Assembly (NCBI GenBank): GCA_963783575.1
Contig: CAWAOD010000009.1
Coordinates: 444,153 to 508,152, forward strand
Direction of reading: 5' to 3'
From: an uncultured Spirochaetota bacterium
GTDB taxonomy: Bacteria; Spirochaetota; Brevinematia; Brevinematales; JAOACQ01
DNA: 64,000 nucleotides
A program made the position numbers and the translations under genes. Numbering within the stretch: position 1 is the first letter of the stretch; every line of letters begins with the position of its first letter. Below, one piece after another: positions 1 through 10,211 of this stretch. The notes under the pieces are model-generated. The model did no database searches, was not told the DNA's origin, and saw only the letters and a program-made list of their open reading frames with translations.

Positions 1-270
1 GGCATAAAAGTAGTTTGTATTTGTCACTCCTGCTGGCGGCGCGTTCATAAATACATCTTTAAACCGGAACTTTAAGCTTAAATTATCCGATAAGTATAAA
101 TCTGCGGAAGCGTTCGCGATATTTATTAATCCGCCATAAGGATTATTGCTGATATCTGCCGTGATAAGCTGGATCGGAATATCTTCAATGCCGAATGTAT
201 AATAAAAACCGTAGGCATTTGAAATTATCAGCAGAAGAAATGGAATTATTATTAATGTTATCTTTTTCAT
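1..270 (-). CDS. exported hypothetical protein, 3' end truncated by window edge (start codon at 270)
   Basis: Minus-strand reading frame is open from the ATG at 270-268 to the window edge. It begins MKKITLIIIPFLLLIISNAYG, a signal-peptide-like N-terminus. An AGGGGGA RBS lies 5 nt upstream. Confidence 0.45.
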   Translation of the reverse strand, partial: MKKITLIIIPFLLLIISNAYGFYYTFGIEDIPIQLITADISNNPYGGLINIANASADLYLSDNLSLKFRFKDVFMNAPPAGVTNTNYFYA

Positions 271-279
271 TACTTCCCC

Positions 280-969
280 CTAAAGTCTTTCCGGTTCTGA
301 AACCTTCGGTGTTTCTGGTATTTTTGGTACTATATTGCTTGGTATATTCTGTTGTATTACATTCTGAATAACGTTATTATGCGTATCGTTATCACTGAAT
401 TGCTCGGTTGTACCGACATTTTGCTGAACGATTCCCGTCTGGCTGAAAGTCTGCCCGTTTCCTTTTACACCGCCCTGTTCTCCCTGGGAAGCTGTAAAAT
501 GGCTGCCGGAATTATCGGCAATATCAATAGAACCCTCAATTACATCAACCTTCATTCCTCGCGCCGGGCCGAAACTGAAATCCTCCCATGTTCCTCTGAC
601 GGAAGCCGTTCCTTTTGGAGATTGGACTTTAAAACTTGATTTTATCCCTTGAATTTTAGTAAAATGAACACTAACCTTCCCGATATCGACCGAAAGCTGC
701 TGATCGGAAGACGTTTCGGTTGTTTTTTCCTTAAATGTTACCATAGACAGTTCATTAACGGTAAAGAACCCTCCCTTTGTTTCCACTTTCATCGATGAAC
801 CGATTCCTGTCATTATTTTCGTATTATCCTGAATACCCATATCAACAGCGGCCGGTTGCCATTTACCGTCAAGCAGTAAGTCGACTTTACCCTGCATTTC
901 TATAATCTTCCCCGCATACAAAAAGCCGTATAACCCGGTAATTATTAAACCAAATATAATTATCTTCAT
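280..969 (-). CDS. exported FecR-domain-like protein
   Basis: 229-aa ORF. N-terminal hydrophobic signal MKIIIFGLIITGLYGFLYAG is followed by a GKVDLLLDGKWQPAAVDMGIQDNTKI...SSMKVETKGGFF pattern typical of FecR-type beta-sandwich domains. Gly/Thr/Gln-rich C-terminal half. Confidence 0.5.
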   Translation of the reverse strand: MKIIIFGLIITGLYGFLYAGKIIEMQGKVDLLLDGKWQPAAVDMGIQDNTKIMTGIGSSMKVETKGGFFTVNELSMVTFKEKTTETSSDQQLSVDIGKVSVHFTKIQGIKSSFKVQSPKGTASVRGTWEDFSFGPARGMKVDVIEGSIDIADNSGSHFTASQGEQGGVKGNGQTFSQTGIVQQNVGTTEQFSDNDTHNNVIQNVIQQNIPSNIVPKIPETPKVSEPERL

Positions 970-999
970 ATAATCCTCCTGGATTAAAACACTTTAATA

Positions 1000-1428
1000 T
1001 TATTTCTGTTTTTCTTTTATCAACGAAACAAATTCAATAAGTTCCATGCCGCTTATATTTCTGTTCCAGAAATAATAACTCGGCAATATATTCTGGTAGA
1101 TAAGGCTCTCCGCGGCATACTTCGAAAAACCTGTTAAGCTGTAAATTATCCCGCCCCGAACTTTTTTCATCTCGATTGCTATGATCGAGAACCTGCCGGC
1201 GTTAAGCGGGTCTTCCATTTTCAAAGACATAAGCCTGCCGTTGCCTTTCAGGTCAACGCTATCTTTTTCCACATCAGGGTTGTCCAGGGAAGAAAGCATC
1301 ATAACGGCATCCTCAACCGAAGCAATATCTTTATCCATAATATCCCTGACATCGCTTGTCGATATGGAAAATCCCTGTGAAAACGTAAATAGAAGGAAAA
1401 TCAAAGCTCCTCCAAATAACCATTTCAT
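1000..1428 (-). CDS. small exported hypothetical protein
   Basis: 142-aa ORF with signal peptide MKWLFGGALIFLLFTFSQG. Co-oriented and tightly spaced with 280..969 and 1..270, so probably one operon. Confidence 0.45.
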   Translation of the reverse strand: MKWLFGGALIFLLFTFSQGFSISTSDVRDIMDKDIASVEDAVMMLSSLDNPDVEKDSVDLKGNGRLMSLKMEDPLNAGRFSIIAIEMKKVRGGIIYSLTGFSKYAAESLIYQNILPSYYFWNRNISGMELIEFVSLIKEKQK

Positions 1429-1504
1429 TATAAACCTCCGATATCTTTTGTTTTCAATATCTTATATTTTCAATATTTATACTTCAAAACCGGTCCCAAA
1501 TTAC

Positions 1505-4108
1505 TTATGATACCGTATCCACAATATCATTCGGCTGGTTGCTAATAACAGTTCCTATATTTGTATTATTATTACCGCTGTATTCATACAACCCTCCGCC
1601 ATTAATCCCTGCGCCATTATTGCTTATAATGCCCAAGTTTGTATTATATGTTGATCCCAAATCCATAAATACCCCGCCGCCATTAACTTCGGCGAAATTA
1701 TTCGTGATATAAGTCAGGGAAGAAATCGTGTTAAAACTGCTGCTATTCATATAGATCCCGCCGCCGTTTCCGTTTGTGGCATAATTGATATAGACAGCGC
1801 CGTTTATTGAGTTGAAAGCACATTTCGACAATTCCATACCGCCGCCGTACTTTGCTATATTCAGGTAAACAGGCCCGTCAATAAAGCTGTTTGTGGTCGA
1901 TTCCATAAATATACCGCCGCCACTTCCTGCAGACTGGTCAAACACCTGGTTGCTGAATATTGTTGCCGAAATCGAGTTGTTATTCCCATAGACCATATCT
2001 ATACCGGCACCACCGTTAGTGGCCACATTATTATAGATTACTCCGGCAAACTGGCTGTTATTGCACCCGGTCGCATATATTCCGCCGCCGTAATTGGCAG
2101 CTATGTTGCCGTTAAATAATACGTTAATACTGATCCCATTTTCCGAGTTGAGGAAAACACCTGCGCCTAAATTTGTCGCATAATTATTAGATACGATTCC
2201 GAAAAGGAAATTGTTCGTACCGAATTCCATCCTTACACCGCCGCCTTGCCCGGCCATATTATTAAAAATAGAGGCGTTTATTGTGCAGTTTGTAGAGCCT
2301 ATCATTTCAACTCCGCCTCCGGAAAGCGAAACGTTTCTTTCTATTGAAGCAAATACTGCATCGCCCGATTCGCCGCCGATATACAAACCGCCGCCGTTTG
2401 AGTAACCGGTGTTATTCATTAAGAAACCGTTTATAAAATTAGCCTTACCATTGATAAGAAACAATCCGCCGCCTGATGAAGCTGCGTTGTTTGTTATATA
2501 GCAGTTTATAATGTTAGAACCGCCGCCAACCAGAACCATTCCGCCGCCTTCGCCCGGAATATTCGAGTTTATTATTGGAATGGTTGTGTTATTTGCTGCA
2601 TTGCTGACAATGTAAACTAATACGGAAAAATTATTACTCGAGCAGTTTACCATGAAGACCCCTCCGCCTATAGTTGCGGTATTGTTGCTGACAAACATAT
2701 ATCCGAATGTGGAATTTCTTACATTGGTCATTAAGATTCCGCCGCCGCAAAAGTCTGCTATGTTAGCTGAAAGTGATTTATATGCATTCCCTCCGCGTAT
2801 GGTAAAATTATTCATATTTAAGTTGCTGATGTTTCCGGCATATATTACATGCTGATTGCTATTCAGACCGTCCAGTTCGCTGAAAGCGACAGGGGAAGTA
2901 TAGACCGAGTCCCATCCGCCGGAAATATTAATGCCGCTGAGATTGATGTTTACGCCGTTGGAGCCGGAGGACAGCCCGCTGCCAGGTGTGTATACACCCA
3001 TCTGCAGGAATATGTTTGTTATTCCCAGTGAGGAAGCCTTGGATAAAGCCGTTTGAATGGTTAAAATCGGCGCTAACGGAGTAGTTCCGCTGTTTGTGTC
3101 ATTCCCGATCGGACTAGGGGCAACATATATAGCGGTAACACCTGCCGATGAGGACGATGATGAAGAGGACGAAGATGACGAAGAGCTGGAAGATGAAGAA
3201 GGAATATGAGCCGCCGCGTCAGCCAGTACGGCATCGATCTTATTATCATTTGAATTAAAACGGTAAAGATCATAATTACCATTTCCGAACCGGGTTGAAG
3301 CAAAATAAATTTTCCTTGAAGAATAATCAATAAAAGGTTCGGCATCATCAAAATCGGAACCAAGATTAACCGGTTTATAAACAAAATTAGAAAGACTGAT
3401 AAAAAGTTGATGTTTTCCGTTTGAATAAATAGAATCTACAATATGATTATATCTATCTATAGAATCCAAAGAATAAAAAACATTTTGCCCTGGGGTGTTT
3501 GTGTTTGAGAACCAGCCTACGTCCCAAATATATAACAAACAATTGGTGCTTCCAGTGGATACAATCAGGGGACTCTGATAATTCGTGTGATCATCCAGTG
3601 ATATCTGTGTGGCATTCACAGAAACCGAAGAAATTAGGCCCCCGATGGAATGATTACTTGGATTATAAAGGTATGTATAAATATTTGTCGATGTCGAATT
3701 ATACCTGATGAAAGAAATGAACGCGGTTGAAGAATTTGTATTGAAAATAACGGGAGAAATCTCGTTATCGGATGTATTTACAGGTGTGCCCAGATTCGCG
3801 GGGGCAGTAAAAGTCTCATCGCTGTTCATATCGGCGTAATAAATGTCATATCCGCCGCCTCCCGACCTGTCGGAAGCGAAGAAGATAGTAGCGTTATTGC
3901 CGTTCCTGTATAAAAACGGCGACCTGTCATTTGCCGTATCATCGCTTAAATAGCCGCCTGTACCTGATATCGCGAGCCTTTTTAAGGATTCTTTACCGCC
4001 GCCTGACTGCCCTGTATTACCACCGGGATTATTAATATTATTAAAAAAGTAGCCCGCGCAGCCTGCTACCAAAAGAATAAAAATCAATACATAAAGAAGT
4101 TTACTCAT
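1505..4108 (-). CDS. giant surface lipoprotein paralog A: TolB-like PD40 N-terminal region, 18-residue poly-Ser linker, C-terminal parallel beta-helix with GGG[ILV][YF] repeats
   Basis: Start reset to the internal ATG at 4108, which has a strong GGAGG RBS and gives a lipobox LLVAGC. Its N-terminal about 120 aa align with those of the 4576..8577 product (KRLAxxGxGGYLSxDxxNxxSPFLxRxxNNAxxFFxSDRxGxxYDIYxAxMNSD), with SDR..G.YD.Y recurring as in PD40 repeats. The C-terminal about 450 aa repeat N..GGG[IVL]...N every 22-25 residues, a parallel beta-helix signature. Confidence 0.6.
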   Translation of the reverse strand: MSKLLYVLIFILLVAGCAGYFFNNINNPGGNTGQSGGGKESLKRLAISGTGGYLSDDTANDRSPFLYRNGNNATIFFASDRSGGGGYDIYYADMNSDETFTAPANLGTPVNTSDNEISPVIFNTNSSTAFISFIRYNSTSTNIYTYLYNPSNHSIGGLISSVSVNATQISLDDHTNYQSPLIVSTGSTNCLLYIWDVGWFSNTNTPGQNVFYSLDSIDRYNHIVDSIYSNGKHQLFISLSNFVYKPVNLGSDFDDAEPFIDYSSRKIYFASTRFGNGNYDLYRFNSNDNKIDAVLADAAAHIPSSSSSSSSSSSSSSSSSSAGVTAIYVAPSPIGNDTNSGTTPLAPILTIQTALSKASSLGITNIFLQMGVYTPGSGLSSGSNGVNINLSGINISGGWDSVYTSPVAFSELDGLNSNQHVIYAGNISNLNMNNFTIRGGNAYKSLSANIADFCGGGILMTNVRNSTFGYMFVSNNTATIGGGVFMVNCSSNNFSVLVYIVSNAANNTTIPIINSNIPGEGGGMVLVGGGSNIINCYITNNAASSGGGLFLINGKANFINGFLMNNTGYSNGGGLYIGGESGDAVFASIERNVSLSGGGVEMIGSTNCTINASIFNNMAGQGGGVRMEFGTNNFLFGIVSNNYATNLGAGVFLNSENGISINVLFNGNIAANYGGGIYATGCNNSQFAGVIYNNVATNGGAGIDMVYGNNNSISATIFSNQVFDQSAGSGGGIFMESTTNSFIDGPVYLNIAKYGGGMELSKCAFNSINGAVYINYATNGNGGGIYMNSSSFNTISSLTYITNNFAEVNGGGVFMDLGSTYNTNLGIISNNGAGINGGGLYEYSGNNNTNIGTVISNQPNDIVDTVS
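3146..3199 (-). repeat. poly-serine coding tract (18 consecutive Ser codons, mixed TCN/AGC) inside lipoprotein A
   Basis: Direct codon-by-codon reading of plus 3146-3199 as reverse complement gives 18 Ser flanked by Pro and Ala-Gly. Confidence 0.9.
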
Positions 4109-4575
4109 AAAAACCCTCCTTCCTTTAATCTTTCGAAATATTGCCGCATCCGGCAAAAAAGTAAGTTTGTTACTATTTTACTAGAAATATCCGCTATAAC
4201 ATTGCTTAAATATATAAAATTTCTTAAGTTTAGTCAAAATAATTTTTTCAAAATCAATTTCTTTTTATACTTGATGTAATAAATATTTCTTTATGCTTAT
4301 AAATCAACCCCCCTGTTAAATCTAAGAATGATCCATTTGACAGGCAATATCAAATTGCGTCTTTTTGCCCATTATTAACCATATTAAAATTTTTTAAATC
4401 TGAAAGCTAATACAGTTGCAGTACCGGTAAGCGTTTTTATGATTTATGATCAACTCTGCCTCCATTTTTAATATTGAAACGGATAATTTATCATAAATGA
4501 ACATATTATTACTTTTGAGTAAAAATCTGCTAAAATTATTATTTCCAGCATTCAAATATAAAGCATGCCCTTCAA

Positions 4576-7500
4576 TCATCCTCCGGCATAAGTATCTGAA
4601 GAACTAGGATTAGTCACTGCTGTATTATTAATAATGGTTCCGTTGTTTACAATTGGCATATAATAGAAAAGACCTCCACCGTAATTTGCCGCGGTATTGC
4701 TGGTGATAGTTCCGTTATTAGTAATAAAAGCTACCCACGAGTCAACGTAAATTCCGCCGCCATTATAAGTGCTGTTTGTCATAATTAAAGAATTAAAGAT
4801 GAAATTTGTCGAATAATTAATGTAAATACCGCCTCCATAGATGGCTGCAGTATTCCATGCTATATTCCCCGAGATATTGCCGAATAAGCTGTTGATTATA
4901 TAAATTCCGCCGCCATCGTACAAAGAATTATTACTCATGATATCCGAACTTACACTGATATTACTTGCATAGTTGATATATAAACCTCCGCCGTAATTAA
5001 GGGAGGTATTATTGGCAATTGTTGCGGTAATATTAATATTTGTGCTTTGAAATATGCTGACACCACCGCCGAAAGCCGACATTCCAACAACATTGTTAAC
5101 CGAGATATTTCCGCTGATGATCGAATCATTCGCACCGATTAAAATAATTCCACCGCCGCCGCCTGATGGCGGATAGCCGGTATTGAGGTAATTATTCAGG
5201 ATTATTGAATTGATAAAGTTGCTGCCGCTGTAATAAATGTATATACCCCCTCCCATACCGTTAGCGCTATTATTGGAAATTTTTGCGGTTATAGTATTGT
5301 TGCTGCCGTAATCCATCCGGAGGCCTCCTCCGCCTAAAACTGTTCCACTGAAATTGTTACAGAATATTCCATTGGAAACTATGTCCGCGGTAATCGTATT
5401 CCCTGAGCAGTTGGAAAGGTAAATCCCGCCGCCGCCATTTTCTGGACCGGCGCTTGATACCGAATAGGCGTTGGTAGAAACACTGCCGCCAATTGAATTA
5501 TGATCCGAATTCATCATGTAGATTCCGCCACCGCCTCCGTTAAATACACCGGAGTTTGCTGAATTCATTAAAATTTTTGAATTGACGGTATTATTTCCGC
5601 CTCCTGTAATATAAATTCCTCCTCCGCAGCCGACATTGTTACCCGTTACGGAATTGGAGATTATATCTGCTGAGATGATATTGCTGATTCCGTTAGTAAT
5701 GAAGATACCGCCACCGCAATTTTGAGCCGTATTGACAGATATCAAACCGGAAATATTGTTACTTGAGGAATTGATCATATAAACGCCACCACCGGAATCA
5801 TAGGCTGTATTATTTGTGATTACCAGATTGAATACACTGTTTACAACATTCTCTAAATAAATTCCTGCGCCGATCGTCCCATTGTCACTATTTGCATGTC
5901 CATTCTCTAACACAAAGCCCGTTATATGTATATTAGTAGCATTCTGTACGCTGATGATATTGCCCTGATAATTTTGTCCATTCAGTTCGCTTTTACCACT
6001 AACTATACTGAAAGAGCTATCCCAGCCTCCAGCCAGGTTAATTCTGCTGCTGGTTATAGATAAACCATTATTCCAGTTTCCTGAAAGGCCGACATTTGTG
6101 ATATATACACCTGCCTGTACGTAAACATTGGTCAGGCCATACGTGACAGCGGTATCTAAAGCGTTCTGTATCGTCAGCAGAGGGCTGGCGCTGATTCCGG
6201 GGTTGCCGTCATTACCGTTCGTGGCAACATAAACTACCGATGCGACAACATAAACAGCGCTTTGGTTCGTATAACTTGAATTCCCCGCGCCGTCCATGCA
6301 ATAAAACCATATGTTATTGCTGCTATTATCGCTAAATGTAAATATATTTGTCCAGTTTGTGGTCCCTGTGATTTTTATAAAACTTATATCGTCTGTTGAG
6401 ACGTTAACGCTCGCGATTCCTGAATTGATAATACCCTCTGAATCGGAAGCGGTACCGATAAAAGAATAAACAGTGCCATTGATTGTAATTGGAGAGGAGT
6501 CATTCGGGATTAAAAAAGGACTCATTGTATCAACCGTAAACGAAGCGCTCTGCGTCAGGCTGGTATTGCCCGCAGAATCCTGCGCCCATACATAGATTGT
6601 ATAGTTAGATTCCGTAAGATTGGATAGACTTATTATACTTCCGGTAAATGTTAGAGCGCTTCCGCTGCCGAGCTTATAGTATTTGTTGCTGACTCCTGTG
6701 CCGGTATCTGTGATAGTTGTATTGACAGTAAATGATGCAGTATTTGTGTATGCTGGAATAGTTGCAATGCTTACAGTAGGCGGAATCACATCGGAATAAA
6801 TCACAATAATGGAATTCGTGACCGTTATATTTCCCGCTTTATCAACAGCATAAGCGTAAAAAACATTAGTTCCGAAAGTTACAAGGCTGAAATTTGTGCT
6901 CCATGGCCCATTCACGTTTATATTTAAAGGAGTAAAAGTATTTGTATTCATTTTCACATAAACATTTGATACGCCCGATACCGCATCCGTTACGGCGCCG
7001 CTGAAGGTATAAAGCCCGTTTGTATTGCTGCCCGCTGAGGTAATCGTCAAAACAGGAGGGGTTGTATCCAGTATGACAGTTATGGCGCCGGATAAACCCG
7101 TTTTCCCGGTTATGCCGTAAGCAATTGCCTGGAATGTGTTGCTGCCCTCATTTAAACCGATTGCCACAGGCGAGTTCCAGGTATTTGCAGTAAAGGACAT
7201 GGTATTTGTAACGGTATCATTTTTTACCAGTAAGACATTGGTAATGGAATAATAACTACTGATGGAATTTGTGCCGCTGAAATTAATAGATGTAGCGTTT
7301 GTAATTAAACCGGTTAAGGGCGATAGAATACCGATAAACGGCAAATCAGCCGCCACATTAACATAGTTTGTAAGTATAGCGGAAATGTTACCCGAATTAT
7401 CCACGGCATAAACATAGTTGGTATGCAAGCCCGGTAATGATACAGAGAAATTTGTCAACCAGTTTGTACCAGCAACGGTTATTGCCAGGAAGCCATTTGT

Positions 7501-8577
7501 GTCGAGTTCAACATAAAGATTGGAAAGACCCGATCCGGTATCTGTAACACTACCGCTGAAAGCGTAAGTTGAACCTACGCTCTGATTGTTTGTCGGTGTG
7601 AATATTAAGACTTCCGGAGGTGTCGTATCAATTAAATTAGTTAGCTGATTTGTAAGCTGATTTATATTAATTCCATTAATTATTTTATCGAATGTTATAT
7701 CATTGTACCTGTACAGATCATAATTGCCTTTACCGAACCTGTCGGAAGCAAAATACACCTTATAACCGCCCGTGACATCGACAAAAGGTGTAATATCATT
7801 GAATGTACTGTTATAATTAGTAATTGCAAATGGTAAAAGATATTTATTAGTGATTGAAACCGCGCCTGTAATCTGGTAAACTCCTCCGGCAAAGTTTTGA
7901 TAAATTACAGCGGACAAATTCGCCTGGTACTCATAAGCGTTCGCCGCAAATACCGTTTTAGCGCCTGTCATTAACATATTGGTGTTCCAGTTTGTTGTAA
8001 ACACAAAAGAAACGACATTACTGGTACCATAAAGTAAAAACAAATAATTTGTGTTTTGCAATACTGAAAGGCCTATATTTGAAACGTTTATATTGGTCAT
8101 TTCCTGGATCGGTGTTGAGGATATAACATCAAAATTATTATTCAATTGATAGGTCACAATCCTGCCGGGATTACGCCTGATCAGCGAAATATAGGTGTTT
8201 CCCCCGGATTGAAATAATATAGGTGATTCCTCATTATTGGTTGTATTTATTATGTTTGTCAGACTGACCGGCGGGTTGAATATGCCGTCAGAATTCATCT
8301 GAGCGAAATAAATATCGTAATTACCGGTTCTATCAGAATCGAAGAAAAGATAAGCATTGTTATTATACCTAAATAAAAAAGGCGATTTTTCATTAAATTC
8401 ATCTGTACTTAGATAGCCTCCGCCTAAAACAGCAAGCCGCTTATAAGAATCCGCTGGGCTATTTGCATTGTTATTCTGGGGATTCGACCCCAGGTTATTG
8501 AGATAACTTGTACAGGAGAATAAGATCAGAATTGAAACAAACACCGCAATTATTATAACAAAACCATATTTCTTCAT
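4576..8577 (-). CDS. giant surface lipoprotein paralog B (1333 aa): PD40-like N-terminus, at least 4 Ig-like domains with conserved TDxGSG[VL]SN motif, C-terminal parallel beta-helix GGG repeats
   Basis: Lipobox ILFSC after the signal peptide. N-terminal region paralogous to 1505..4108. Middle region repeats TPPEV/TPPVL...TDTGSGLSN / TDAVSGVSN / TDTGTGVSN about every 100 aa. C-terminal about 500 aa repeat GGG[IL][YF]. GGGGGA RBS before the ATG at 8577. Confidence 0.65.
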   Translation of the reverse strand: MKKYGFVIIIAVFVSILILFSCTSYLNNLGSNPQNNNANSPADSYKRLAVLGGGYLSTDEFNEKSPFLFRYNNNAYLFFDSDRTGNYDIYFAQMNSDGIFNPPVSLTNIINTTNNEESPILFQSGGNTYISLIRRNPGRIVTYQLNNNFDVISSTPIQEMTNINVSNIGLSVLQNTNYLFLLYGTSNVVSFVFTTNWNTNMLMTGAKTVFAANAYEYQANLSAVIYQNFAGGVYQITGAVSITNKYLLPFAITNYNSTFNDITPFVDVTGGYKVYFASDRFGKGNYDLYRYNDITFDKIINGININQLTNQLTNLIDTTPPEVLIFTPTNNQSVGSTYAFSGSVTDTGSGLSNLYVELDTNGFLAITVAGTNWLTNFSVSLPGLHTNYVYAVDNSGNISAILTNYVNVAADLPFIGILSPLTGLITNATSINFSGTNSISSYYSITNVLLVKNDTVTNTMSFTANTWNSPVAIGLNEGSNTFQAIAYGITGKTGLSGAITVILDTTPPVLTITSAGSNTNGLYTFSGAVTDAVSGVSNVYVKMNTNTFTPLNINVNGPWSTNFSLVTFGTNVFYAYAVDKAGNITVTNSIIVIYSDVIPPTVSIATIPAYTNTASFTVNTTITDTGTGVSNKYYKLGSGSALTFTGSIISLSNLTESNYTIYVWAQDSAGNTSLTQSASFTVDTMSPFLIPNDSSPITINGTVYSFIGTASDSEGIINSGIASVNVSTDDISFIKITGTTNWTNIFTFSDNSSNNIWFYCMDGAGNSSYTNQSAVYVVASVVYVATNGNDGNPGISASPLLTIQNALDTAVTYGLTNVYVQAGVYITNVGLSGNWNNGLSITSSRINLAGGWDSSFSIVSGKSELNGQNYQGNIISVQNATNIHITGFVLENGHANSDNGTIGAGIYLENVVNSVFNLVITNNTAYDSGGGVYMINSSSNNISGLISVNTAQNCGGGIFITNGISNIISADIISNSVTGNNVGCGGGIYITGGGNNTVNSKILMNSANSGVFNGGGGGIYMMNSDHNSIGGSVSTNAYSVSSAGPENGGGGIYLSNCSGNTITADIVSNGIFCNNFSGTVLGGGGLRMDYGSNNTITAKISNNSANGMGGGIYIYYSGSNFINSIILNNYLNTGYPPSGGGGGIILIGANDSIISGNISVNNVVGMSAFGGGVSIFQSTNINITATIANNTSLNYGGGLYINYASNISVSSDIMSNNSLYDGGGIYIINSLFGNISGNIAWNTAAIYGGGIYINYSTNFIFNSLIMTNSTYNGGGIYVDSWVAFITNNGTITSNTAANYGGGLFYYMPIVNNGTIINNTAVTNPSSSDTYAGG

Positions 8578-8945
8578 ATTTCCCCCAAATTTATATACTA
8601 TTTAAAATCCAATCCAAAATTGTATAACCTTAAGCTGGTTTTATAAACCCCTATAATCTTTATGCCTCTATTTGATAATGTTATTTCGAAATGCGGGGAA
8701 ATAATACAAGTGAACAAACTCACTCCGCCATTTTTTATAAATTTACAAATAATAACCATTATAAATCGTATTATAACTTCTTTAAATCATTAAGTCAATA
8801 CAGTTACAATAAAAAAACAAAATAATTTGTTTGCAAAATATTTGTAAATTTTCCTTTGAAAAATTAATTAATTTATTGAATTTTTTACTTTATTTTTATA
8901 AAAACCGATGTATATTATAAGTATAAATATTAATTGGGGTGAATT

Positions 8946-9428
8946 ATGTTAAAATATTTATTTGTCCTTTCTTTAGTTCTTTCTATAGGTTTATTTATAA
9001 AATTAGAAATTATGGATAAAGAATTAATTACAAAGAGCGGTTATGGGGTTGTTAAACTTCAGTCCACTGTAAATACCGTAAAAGCCAAAACGATTATAGA
9101 GAGCTGGGATAATTCGCTAAAATTTATAGCAAGGCAAAACCTCTATATCGATTTCTTCTTCATCTTTTTTGGTTACGGATTGATGATGTTCAGCCTTGCA
9201 TTGTTGCTGAAATCGACAATTCTGGGTGTTATACCTTTTTTTGCAGTAATATGTGATGCCGCTGAGAATATTTTGCTGATTAAAGCTATATCAGGGTTAA
9301 ATTATTCTCTTGTCCCAATCGCAAGCATTTTCGATATTGTTAAGATTTCTTTTATTATCCTGTTTATGGTTATATTATGCTACAGTCTGTTTACAAGGTA
9401 TATTATGAACAGGATGCAGCATATTTAA
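8946..9428 (+). CDS. small polytopic membrane protein
   Basis: 160-aa ORF with 4 predicted hydrophobic helices. No recognisable family. Confidence 0.4.
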   Translation: MLKYLFVLSLVLSIGLFIKLEIMDKELITKSGYGVVKLQSTVNTVKAKTIIESWDNSLKFIARQNLYIDFFFIFFGYGLMMFSLALLLKSTILGVIPFFAVICDAAENILLIKAISGLNYSLVPIASIFDIVKISFIILFMVILCYSLFTRYIMNRMQHI

Positions 9429-9434
9429 TCATTT

Positions 9435-10043
9435 ATGATTAAAACTTTGCTTCTTCATACCTGCTGTGCACCATGTTTAACACAATGTCTGAATGTGTTA
9501 GTGGGCCTTGACAAATGGGCCGGGGCGCTTATTCAAAAACCGGAATTCGATATTTCAATTTTCTATGATAATCCAAATATTTCCCCTCCCGAAGAATACA
9601 ATAAACGTAAAAAAGAAGTTTTGCGATTGATTGATATATATTCTATAAATTTCAGGCAAATTAAAATTGTCGATGATTTTTCTGAAAAAAGGAGAGAAGA
9701 ATGGAATTCCTACGCCGGGCAGAATAAAAATGAACCTGAAAGAGGAAAGCGCTGCTTTTTTTGCTACGAATTCAGGCTTGAAGAGGCAATGAAAACAGCA
9801 AGCGAACAGGGTTTTGATTATATTGCCACGACCTTAACATTAAGTCCTTATAAAGATACTCAAAAAATCAATGAAATCGGTCTGAATTTATCTAAAAAGT
9901 ATAAAACTGCCTACCTTACTTCGGATTTTAAAAAAAATAACGGTTATAGGAAATCGATAGAACTATGCAGACAGTATGGAATTTACCGGCAGAATTATTG
10001 CGGTTGTATTTATTCATCTAAAGATTACCGAATCAATACCTGA
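9435..10043 (+). CDS. queH: epoxyqueuosine reductase QueH (DUF208)
   Basis: LLLHTCCAPCLTQCL (the HxCCAPC motif) and CFFCYEFRLEEAMKTASEQGFDYIATTLTLSPYKDTQKINEIG match the DUF208/QueH Cys motifs and C-terminal block. Confidence 0.75.
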   Translation: MIKTLLLHTCCAPCLTQCLNVLVGLDKWAGALIQKPEFDISIFYDNPNISPPEEYNKRKKEVLRLIDIYSINFRQIKIVDDFSEKRREEWNSYAGQNKNEPERGKRCFFCYEFRLEEAMKTASEQGFDYIATTLTLSPYKDTQKINEIGLNLSKKYKTAYLTSDFKKNNGYRKSIELCRQYGIYRQNYCGCIYSSKDYRINT

Positions 10044-10211
10044 GTGAGAGATACTTCATGAAGACTTTTCAAGCGATGCGAAGACAATGGCTAACGCAAG
10101 TTCGCCAAGCGGCGCAATGCCGCCAGACGAGCTTTTTAAATCATTGCTTTATTTCCGGATTATTGTTAAAATATCGATCAGTTTCCTTAAAAACAATCCG
10201 GGAGTAAAAAT

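Noticed and set aside
2211-3384. Several 60-100 aa ORFs (2211..2405, 2652..2855, 2849..3031, 3073..3384) antisense to lipoprotein gene A, with analogous ones inside gene B (4950..5135, 7695..7892)
   Set aside because: They lie wholly within, and opposite to, long well-supported CDSs with repetitive GGG-codon composition. The products are Pro/Ser-rich low-complexity sequence. They are compositional artefacts of the repeat-rich sense strand.
10060-10200. GC-rich patch with a possible 45-codon ORF (MKTFQAMRRQWLTQVRQAAQ...) between queH and the YfhO-like gene
   Set aside because: No RBS, no recognisable domain or RNA motif. It is noted only as a compositional anomaly. Evidence is insufficient to call a feature.
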